Source: a virus (taxonomy: Duplodnaviria > Caudoviricetes). Taken from it: a DNA stretch of 64,000 bases. Positions within the stretch are counted from its first letter, which is position 1. The number at the start of each line of letters is the position of its first letter. Below are positions 56,992-64,000 of the stretch, one piece after another. A program made the translations under genes and the position numbers. Location: positions 8,557 through 72,556 of IMG/VR virus record IMGVR_UViG_2906976556_000001. One strand, written 5' to 3'. The notes below the pieces were generated by a model. That model searched no databases. It was not told where the DNA came from and saw nothing but the letters and a program-made list of their open reading frames with translations.

Positions 56992-59067
56992 TCAGACTCC
57001 GTTCTCGATATCGATCTGTCGGTCTCGTGCCCGGTCGGCGGCTGCGCCGTCGTCGAACACGGGATTGGATTGGGGGAGTGGATGAGCGACCAGGTGCAGT
57101 TGTCCTCGGTCGTCGGGTAACTCGATTTCGATGTAGACGGTGCACGCCGATTTCTGTGTGGCTTCGTAGTGCGCTTCGGCGGTGGCGACGGTCCATTCGT
57201 GGTGGCCGGGTTCGGTTCCGAGGTCGTCGATGATCTGCTCGGCGAGATCCCGCAGGTATCCGTCGACAGTGTCCTCAGGTGCAGTCGTCACAGCACCCAC
57301 TTCAGGAAGTCGCCGAGCGCCAGGAATGCCTGGTACAGGGCGAGATACAGGACGGCCGAGATCGGAACCGCCAGGATCAACACCTGCATCACGTTCAGCC
57401 TCATCGGATGACCTGGAGAGGTGCGCAGTAGCGGGCGAGGTAACGCGAGGTGCGCGCGTGAACGAGGCCGCTTCCGTGCCACTCTTGTGGGCGGGTGCGG
57501 ATCCAGACGCCCGGCTCGTCGAAGGCGTTGCAGGTGACGACAGCGCGACCCGGCAGCGCATCGAGTGCAGCCTCGATCTCCTCAGCCGACAGCTTCCTCG
57601 GATCGAGTACGCGCGGAACAGCTTCGAGCTCCCGTACACGGGCGACCAGCAACGGCACATCAGTGCGAGCAGCAGCGATGAACTCCGCGTCGATTGCTTC
57701 GAAAACGTCGTTCGTGGCGTGCCAGATCGTGCGTCGGGTGTCTGTCTGGACTACGTAGCGCTGACGCACGTACTTCGACGGCTCTGTTCGCCATGGCCCT
57801 TCGGTCGCAGCGTCGGCACGATCCAGAATCGCCTGCAAGTCGAGTGTCGTCATGCCGCCGCCCACCCGAGGGCGCCAAGAATCGCACCGATCACCGAACC
57901 GGACACCCACAGTGCGATCGAGTCAGCGCGAGTCAACGCGCGATGCGCCGGACCCCAATCGAATTCGCTCATGCCGGCACCAGCCCTGCCCGCAATTGGT
58001 CGACGACCTCAGCGTGCGCCGTCAACGCAGCAGCCTCCGTCGCCGCATACACAACACGCTCAGCCGCAGCCCGACCCGCCCGCTCCACGATCGTCTGAAA
58101 GATCTGCGGGACAGGCTCTTTCCCCAACGAGAAGTCGACGCCCTGCCACAACGTGTACACCCGAAACTCGCCATCCGGCGACGGCACCCGATCATCGGAC
58201 AGGACAACGTAACTGGCGTCCTTCACCCGCGCCTGCCACGTCGCCTGATCGATCACCTCAGCCGACCGGTCATAGAACGTCACACTCATTTCGTGATCTC
58301 CTTCAAAATGTCCAGGCGTTCCTGCAGGAACCCGGTCTCGATGTCGATGAGGCTCGACGTGCTCTCGTACAGCCGTCGGGCAGCCGACCGCTCCGAAGGC
58401 GTTTCCGCAGTGCGGAAGTCGGTGACGTAGTCGTCGAGATCCGCCTTGCGGGCGCTGATCTTCGCCAGCAGCTCGGCGCACTCCGCCACCACAGCAGCGA
58501 CCTCGCCGCCGTCGACCCGCCGCGGCGCAGGCATGCACACCACCCGCACGGGGAGATGAGTGATGGACGCCGTCACCGGACGCCACCTTTATGATTGATT
58601 CGGTCCATCGGGAATCCCCTTTCCGGTTTTCGTGGACTTTCGGACGGGCCCCGCCGGCATGCGGGGCCCGACCTCATTTCAGGACGTAGGGGCGGCAGAA
58701 GCAGGGAAGGAAGCTCCTGCCGCCGGTGACACCGCGCCAGTGGCTGCAGGCATCACCCGATCCGCGCCGACGCACAGCCCATGCGCGGCAGCGGAAGTCG
58801 AAGAAAGAAGAGCGAACGTGAACTCGGTCGCGACTCGCTCGGCGATAGACACCGTCGACGCGATCGCATCCAAATCACACTCGGCGTACGGGGCACTCAT
58901 CGAAGCACCACCACAGCAGTCGTGACCACACCGATCACCACGACCATTACGACGGCCCACAACAGAACCGTCCAATCGGCCGTCGGCGGATGAGCCTCGT
59001 ACGCGGCCACGAACTTCGCATGCTTCCGGTTGAACTCGTGACGAGTGTCCGGGTAACGGTCGGTCAT
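56992..59067 (-). other. Run of small hypothetical early genes, some membrane-bound
   Basis: Coupled short ORFs (e.g. MTTLDLQAILDRADAATEGPW, MSVTFYDRS, MTASITHL, MTDRYPDT). Confidence 0.5.
58645..58670. other. GC-rich hairpin, possible terminator or processing site
   Basis: CGGGCCCCGC-N6-GCGGGGCCCG in an intergenic gap; no clear U-tract. Confidence 0.45.
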
Positions 59068-59294
59068 GCCGACCTCCGCAGCGTCCTGGAAGCCGAAGTG
59101 CCCGACACCCACGCGTCGAGGTCGTCGACATGGATCAGCCATGCGCCCTTCGGTGCTTTGCGCTGCCTGCCGACCAGGCCGGTGCCCCTCTTCAACTCCT
59201 CGTCGTGGAGGGCGGTGTAGATCGTCTCGCGGTGGCAGCGCGCACGGTCGGCCGCTTCTTGCGCTGTCAGCCACGGAGAGGTCGGGGCGCTCAT
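59064..59294 (-). CDS. xis: Excisionase-like HTH protein
   Basis: WLTAQEAA...TIY...WLIHVDDLDAW. Confidence 0.75.
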   Translation of the reverse strand: MSAPTSPWLTAQEAADRARCHRETIYTALHDEELKRGTGLVGRQRKAPKGAWLIHVDDLDAWVSGTSASRTLRRSA

Positions 59295-60055
59295 GCTGCA
59301 CCGCCAAGATCCGCTAGTAGCTTCTGCATGCCCTTCGGCGTGACCCGAGGCTGCGGCGGATCGAGTACGAGGATGCCCGTCTTCGGGTGGTAGTGCGACT
59401 GCGGAATGACCGACATGACACCGGCCTGGATGACGGAGGCGTAGACGCGCCACTTGCCGTCGCCTTTCGCGCGATACACCCAGCCGCGGCGTTCGAGGTC
59501 AGAAAACAGTCGACCTTGCCCAGTTTTGATGCCGGCGCGGGTCAGGGTGTCGGCTGCATCTTTCACCGAGTAATCGCCGTCGGCGTCGAGGAACTTCTCG
59601 CCGATCTCAGCCTTCGGTTCGAGCTCGGCGATACGGCTGTCCTTCGCAGCGAGCAGCTCTTGCGCCGCCATCAGTCCGCGCGCCATCTGCTCGGCAGCCG
59701 TCAGCGCCGGTGTCGCTGTCTCGGCCTCACGCGTCTTGATCGCGAAGTACGACTGAGCCGCTGCGATCTCCGGCTTGCGCGGATCACCGTTCATCGCGAC
59801 GAGGTAGCAGGCAAACCGAGTCATCCGGTAGTCGAATCGTGGTCGGCCGCCGGACTTTTCCGTGACGCCACGAAAAAGATCGTCGAAGCGGTGACCCTGG
59901 TTCTCTGCTGTCAATCGGGCGCGGTCGATTGCAGACTCGAAGTTCTCCCATCGGTCGTAACCGAGGTGGGCCATCAGGTCGCGCGCCGACCAAGTGCCGT
60001 CCGAGCGCTGCAGCGCGTCGAACGTCGACTCCATTGGTAGAGTCAGGTCAGACAT
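59291..60055 (-). CDS. Antirepressor (Bro-N/DinD-like plus KilA-C)
   Basis: WSARDLM..LGY..WENF, MNGDPRK, LEPKA, GQGRLF, PRVTPKG. Confidence 0.9.
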   Translation of the reverse strand: MSDLTLPMESTFDALQRSDGTWSARDLMAHLGYDRWENFESAIDRARLTAENQGHRFDDLFRGVTEKSGGRPRFDYRMTRFACYLVAMNGDPRKPEIAAAQSYFAIKTREAETATPALTAAEQMARGLMAAQELLAAKDSRIAELEPKAEIGEKFLDADGDYSVKDAADTLTRAGIKTGQGRLFSDLERRGWVYRAKGDGKWRVYASVIQAGVMSVIPQSHYHPKTGILVLDPPQPRVTPKGMQKLLADLGGAA

Positions 60056-60094
60056 TTGATCTCCAATCTGTGTCGTGAGCCGTCACCTGTTGCC

Positions 60095-60538
60095 TCAGGT
60101 GGCGGCTCTTTCGGTTAGAAATCTGGGATCCGGGCGGTTGGTGACGTGTCGTGCACCCGGGAACCTCTGGTGCGCTTCGCGGTACGCCTTTTTGACGGCG
60201 ACCGGAAAGTCCATGCCGCCCTGCATCAATCCAGCGATCCGCCTGTTGGCCCAGGCGTCCCGGCGCCTCACTTCTCGGTGCCGTTTGGGAGTCCAGCCGT
60301 AAAGCGGATCCTCGGACCGAAGCGCCTCTCGTTCGATGCCCCTGGCCGTCCGGTAGCAGTACGGCCCTTGCATCCGAAACGTGCGGGCCTTCGACGTCCA
60401 CCACGGACTGGACGAGCGATGCTCGTTCCATCGCGTCAGAGGCCGTGAAGAGCATCCGACGTAAAGCAGTCGGCCGTCTTTGTCGAAAGCTCGGTAGACG
60501 AAGTGGTTTCGGACGTCGTCTCCCCGATCGAGCCCCAC
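60095..60538 (-). CDS. GIY-YIG nuclease family protein
   Basis: FVYRAFD...LLYVGCS....RWNEH, conserved Glu in IEREAL. Confidence 0.78.
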   Translation of the reverse strand: MGLDRGDDVRNHFVYRAFDKDGRLLYVGCSSRPLTRWNEHRSSSPWWTSKARTFRMQGPYCYRTARGIEREALRSEDPLYGWTPKRHREVRRRDAWANRRIAGLMQGGMDFPVAVKKAYREAHQRFPGARHVTNRPDPRFLTERAAT

Positions 60539-60858
60539 TAGGCCGGCACCTTGCGTCGAGCGGTGGATTGCCGCTCATTGTTGGAAATTTCGGGCACGAA
60601 AAAGACGTCGAGTGGCACGTCCAACGCCTCGCAGATGAGCTCTGCCGTTCGCGGCTTGTTGACCGCCTGTGTGCGCCCGTTGAGCAGATTGTCGATCGTG
60701 CCGGGTGCGCATTCGGCGTACTTCGCCAGACGTCGATTGGAGAAATCCTTGCGGATCATTCGATCGAGCAACGCGTCACGTGCGACGAGCTTCATTCGCA
60801 TTCCCACTGGCCACCTCCTTCGTTTGATTCGACGGCGCTGTGTCGTTGTGACCTGCAT
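60538..60858 (-). CDS. Cro-like XRE HTH regulator
   Basis: SNRRLAKYAECAPGTIDNLLNG...ICEALDVPLDVFF; divergent from the repressor. Confidence 0.82.
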   Translation of the reverse strand: MQVTTTQRRRIKRRRWPVGMRMKLVARDALLDRMIRKDFSNRRLAKYAECAPGTIDNLLNGRTQAVNKPRTAELICEALDVPLDVFFVPEISNNERQSTARRKVPA

Positions 60859-60873
60859 ATCCTCACCCCTCGT

Positions 60874-60934
60874 TAGGCGCTCTGTCAAGCATGATGCGGT
60901 GAATCATTACCCATTGCTAGGCAACACGTCAAGC
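60874..60934 (-). promoter_or_regulatory. Candidate repressor operators and early lytic promoter
   Basis: Two copies of TAGGC-N5-GTCAAGC (60874, 60918); minus strand TTGACG-N17-TAATGA overlaps one copy. Confidence 0.6.
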
Positions 60935-61091
60935 CCTATCTTGCCGTCGCGGCGCTGGTGTGGGCATATGCCAAAAAATTCTCTGATCAGTAGTTAGGCG
61001 TAACCGCTGCGCGCAACTGGTCATCTGGGTTACGCACTGCCTAAGATCGCCAGGTGGACAGATCATCCAGCGACAAGCGACGGTTGCTCCT

Positions 61092-61775
61092 GTGATCGAA
61101 GAACGAACCCTGAGCGAGCTGATCGCGGACCGAAAGGGCACCCGCTCGTACGAGCGGCTGTCTCAGGACTGCGGCGGCACGCCGACGGCGAAGCGTCTTC
61201 ACCAGCTCGCAACCAAGCAGCAGCGCAACTTCCCTGACCCGCCCACGATCCGTGGACTGGCGCTTGGGTTGGGCGTTTCTGTAACTGACGTCGTAATGGC
61301 GGCCGCCCGTGCACTCGGGCTGTCGGTGGGGGTCGGCAACGACCCCCACGCCTTAACCCTCCCCCTGGCCGGCGACCTGCCAGCCTCGGCTCGAGAGTCC
61401 ATCGAAAGCGTCAGCCGCGAGTTAGTGGCGATGTACGTCCGTGCTCAGGCGTCGTTCGAGATCGCAGCAATCGCCGACCGGCATTTCGCTGACGCAAAGG
61501 ATGATCATGATGACGAAGAGCAGGAACCGCGGACGGAAGAGGGCAGCCCGGAGCAGCGCGGCCCAGGCGGCGGCGCGGAAGTCCGCAAACCCCCCATGAA
61601 GCTCGTCAAGCCCACAGACGGGACTGACGAGAATCAAGGCGACTGGCCTGACGGGATGCCGCCGTTCGATCCGCGCAAGGCGCTGGCGGCATCGCGATTC
61701 CCCGACAGCGAGGCGAGTCTGTACCCGGACCCGCCGCGGCCCGAGGACGAGTCGCAAGATCCCGACGACCAGTAG
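61092..61775 (+). CDS. Immunity repressor
   Basis: N-terminal RSYERLS...FPDPPTIRGLALGLGVS; divergent from cro, upstream of immA and int. Confidence 0.78.
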   Translation: MIEERTLSELIADRKGTRSYERLSQDCGGTPTAKRLHQLATKQQRNFPDPPTIRGLALGLGVSVTDVVMAAARALGLSVGVGNDPHALTLPLAGDLPASARESIESVSRELVAMYVRAQASFEIAAIADRHFADAKDDHDDEEQEPRTEEGSPEQRGPGGGAEVRKPPMKLVKPTDGTDENQGDWPDGMPPFDPRKALAASRFPDSEASLYPDPPRPEDESQDPDDQ

Positions 61776-61815
61776 GTCATTCGAATGAATCCTGCGCGCT
61801 GCAGCGCAGGTCAAA

Positions 61816-61856
61816 AAACTACAGCCGTGTAGTTTGTCGGACCCATCACAGAGACT
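61816..61856 (+). promoter_or_regulatory. Palindrome plus PafBC/RecA-NDp-like promoter of immA
   Basis: AAACTACA-gccg-TGTAGTTT overlapping TGTCGG-N10-GAGACT, 7 nt before the ATG. Confidence 0.6.
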
Positions 61857-61863
61857 CGTCGGC

Positions 61864-62295
61864 ATGACTCGATGGCATCCGTGGCGAACGCTGAGGGACA
61901 CGCATCCCGACGTTTCGGTGACCTGTCGGTACTACCTTCCGGGCGACCTCAAGGGCGTCTGGACGGACGACGGAATCTATCTCCACCGAGGCCTCGACCA
62001 GGCCGGCCGCAGGTCGGTTCTCACACACGAGCTGGTGCACCGCGAGCGCGGCACCGAATGCAACCCGCACGACCGCTTCTCGGCGGAGGAACGGATCGTC
62101 GACGAGATCGCATCACGCCGACTGATCCCGATCGAGGCGCTTCTCGACGCCCTGATCTGGACGCGTTTCGACGTCGGCCAGGAGACCGCGGGCGAGCTGT
62201 GGTGCGACGTCCACATGGTCATCGCACGCATCCAAGGCCTGACGGCCGAGGAGCGCCGCTACATCGACGACGAACTGAAACGGAGACAGCCATGA
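61864..62295 (+). CDS. immA: ImmA/IrrE family metallopeptidase
   Basis: RSVLTHELVH, EE..VD..ASRRLIP, A.ELW; between repressor and integrase. Confidence 0.85.
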   Translation: MTRWHPWRTLRDTHPDVSVTCRYYLPGDLKGVWTDDGIYLHRGLDQAGRRSVLTHELVHRERGTECNPHDRFSAEERIVDEIASRRLIPIEALLDALIWTRFDVGQETAGELWCDVHMVIARIQGLTAEERRYIDDELKRRQP

Positions 62296-62437
62296 TGATG
62301 ACCTGGACCGACCCAGTGTCGGGAAAAGAGATCACTGTTCTTGCATGTCAACGGGGACCGAAGGAAAGTCAGATCCTCGACGACAAATGGGAACGCGAAA
62401 TTCACGCCGCAGATCCAGAAGGGAGTGAGTGGGGAGC

Positions 62438-62665
62438 ATGAAGCCGTACGAGTTGAAGATGCTCGAGATCGAGAAGCGCTTCTACAAATCGCAGGCCGGG
62501 AAAGAGGTCGACATCGCGCTCGAACTCATGATCTCTCCGGTCCGCTACTACCAGCTGCTGAACGAACTCCTCGACAACCCCGAGGCGCTCGCAGCCGAAC
62601 CTGTCCTCGTCAACAGGCTCCGACGGATCCGCGACAGCAAAGCGAAAGTCAGACGGGCGAGCTGA
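62438..62665 (+). CDS. DUF3263 family protein
   Basis: KE..I...L..SPVRYYQLLN.LLD.PEALAAEPVLVNRLRR. Confidence 0.8.
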   Translation: MKPYELKMLEIEKRFYKSQAGKEVDIALELMISPVRYYQLLNELLDNPEALAAEPVLVNRLRRIRDSKAKVRRAS

Positions 62666-63873
62666 TGGCATGGACCAGAAAGCTACCGTCCGGCAAGTAT
62701 CAGGGGATGTACCGCGACGCTCACGGCAAAGTGCGGTCCGCCGGCAGCTACCCCCGAGAAAAGCAGGCACTCGGAAAAGCGACCGCCGCCGAACAGGATG
62801 CTCGGCTGAACCCCAAAGATCCTGCCGCCCAGTCGATGACGTGGGCGCAGTGGGAGCCGCTATGGCTCGAACGGCGTTCCGTCGCCCCGCAGACCCTCAC
62901 CGGTGACATGTCGAAGATCGAGAACCACGTCCGGCCTCGATGGGGCGACGTGCCACTGTCGAAAATCGAGCACGACGACGTCCAACTCTGGGTGACTCAA
63001 CTCGGTAGGACAGGCGGAGTCCGGACGGCCGGATCGTTCACCGCGGGCGGGCCGCTCTCGGCGTCGACGGTCGAGAAGATCTACCGCGTGCTCTCGGCAT
63101 CGATGAAGGCCGCCGAACTCGCGAAGCTCATCGACCGCACACCGTGCCGTGGCGTGAAGATCGTCCAGGACGGTAACTCTCCTGAGCGGTATCTCACCGA
63201 GGCCGAGCAGGATGCGATCACCGACGAACTCGTCGGACAGGATCGGCTGCTGGCGAAGTTCGGATTCGCGACCGGGATGCGCATGGGGGAGATGCAGGGT
63301 GTGCACTGGGAGTCGATCGATCTCGAAGCCAAGTCGGTGACGGTGAGGCACGCCTACGACCCGAAAGGTCGATCCATGAAGGCGCCGAAGTCGTATCAGC
63401 TTCGATCGATACCGCTGACCGACGAGGTCGTCGAGATGCTTCGAGATCGGCTCGATGAGCACGGGCCAGGGTTGTGCTGCCCGGTGCGACACAACCGGGT
63501 GACGAAGTGCCGCAGTGGATTGGTGTTCGCACAGGGCGCCGACAGGAAGGCGATCGACGCGGACAATTTCCGGCACCGGAGCTGGGCGCGCGCATGCTCA
63601 CGCGCGGCCGTCAAAGATTCGCAGGGCCGCTGGAATCCAGTCGGACACGTACGGGTCCATGACATGCGGCACACGTTCGCATCGACGCTCGTGCGCGCCG
63701 GCATCCCACTGGCGGAGGTGTGCACCTTGATGGGGCACTCGTCGATCACCGTGACGCAGCGGTACGCCCATCTCGGCCGGTCCCAGTGGGGTGTGGTCGC
63801 CAACGTGCTGAACCGGCGTGCAGCACCGCGTGCAGCAAAACCCAATTTGAAGGTGCTTGATGGCACTGGATGA
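62665..63873 (+). CDS. int: Tyrosine integrase
   Basis: TGMRMGE, PKS, HDMRH, LMGH, TQRY catalytic residues; ATG at 62665 by TGATG overlap. Confidence 0.96.
   Translation: MAWTRKLPSGKYQGMYRDAHGKVRSAGSYPREKQALGKATAAEQDARLNPKDPAAQSMTWAQWEPLWLERRSVAPQTLTGDMSKIENHVRPRWGDVPLSKIEHDDVQLWVTQLGRTGGVRTAGSFTAGGPLSASTVEKIYRVLSASMKAAELAKLIDRTPCRGVKIVQDGNSPERYLTEAEQDAITDELVGQDRLLAKFGFATGMRMGEMQGVHWESIDLEAKSVTVRHAYDPKGRSMKAPKSYQLRSIPLTDEVVEMLRDRLDEHGPGLCCPVRHNRVTKCRSGLVFAQGADRKAIDADNFRHRSWARACSRAAVKDSQGRWNPVGHVRVHDMRHTFASTLVRAGIPLAEVCTLMGHSSITVTQRYAHLGRSQWGVVANVLNRRAAPRAAKPNLKVLDGTG
63816..63837 (+). repeat. Tandem GCGTGCAGCA, candidate integrase arm-type sites
   Basis: Two exact 10-mers 2 nt apart, about 120 nt from the att core. 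Confidence 0.5.
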
Positions 63874-63954
63874 AGCTGGTTCGAAGAGCTGTACTGACCA
63901 GCAGAAACAGTGAAAATTGGGGATCTGCTCGGACCTGGCTGGACCCCGTCGAAT

Positions 63955-64000
63955 GGACTTCTAATCCCTTGGTCGCAGGTTCGAATCCTGCCGGGGGCAC
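63955..64000 (+). other. Attachment site core: 3' half of tRNA-Arg(TCT)
   Basis: GGA-CTTCTAA-TCC anticodon loop, GGTC variable loop, GCAGG-TTCGAAT-CCTGC T arm, 3' acceptor strand; no D arm or 5' acceptor strand upstream. Confidence 0.88.

Larger units (their letters stand above)
1..64000 (-). mobile_element. Temperate siphovirus prophage (actinobacteriophage, Gordonia-like); left end lies beyond the window
   Basis: Ordered modules for integration/immunity, replication, packaging, head, tail and lysis; integrase next to a tRNA 3'-half att at the right edge. Confidence 0.96.

Noticed and set aside
12717-58594. Long plus-strand ORFs (e.g. 12717-14000, 19761-21806, 21547-22701, 57182-58594)
   Set aside because: Antisense shadows of high-GC minus-strand genes; Arg/Pro/Gly-rich with no recognisable motifs
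62341-62664. N-terminal extension of the integrase in the ORF track
   Set aside because: Overlaps the DUF3263 gene; the ATG at 62665 gives a normal-sized integrase with stop/start coupling
63920-64000. Intact tRNA-Arg gene
   Set aside because: Sequence upstream of the anticodon loop has no D arm or matching acceptor strand; treated as the att duplicate
1-64000. Reverse-transcriptase systems (DGR, retron, group II intron) or IS elements
   Set aside because: No RT or transposase motifs recognised in any ORF and no template/variable repeat pair noticed by eye

Overview
The window is nearly the whole of a temperate siphovirus prophage of a high-GC actinobacterium; the split C39-peptidase plus GH19 lysin A and the overall gene set suggest a Gordonia-like host (inference). 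Almost all genes lie on the minus strand. From the right end: the 3' half of a tRNA-Arg(TCT) (att site), tyrosine integrase, ImmA-like protease, repressor/Cro switch, antirepressor, excisionase, two WhiB genes, C5 DNA methylase, RecE/RecT, replication initiator, RusA, an RNA-repair locus, a late-control region, HNH and cos region, terminase (split, with an Ala-start LAGLIDADG intein), portal, a MuF-like metallopeptidase fusion, head and tail genes, lysis cassette and further minor tail genes that run off the left edge. The most notable element is 35132-40601. There a putative promoter precedes four tandem Y-RNA-like ncRNAs, two of them circularly permuted tRNA mimics. These are followed by a Ro60/TROVE gene, an unknown ORF, an RlaP-like nucleotidyltransferase, a T4 Rnl1-type RNA ligase and a T4-type polynucleotide kinase/phosphatase, with the five protein genes joined by overlapping stop/start codons. 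All calls come from manual motif reading; no database searches or folding programs were run.
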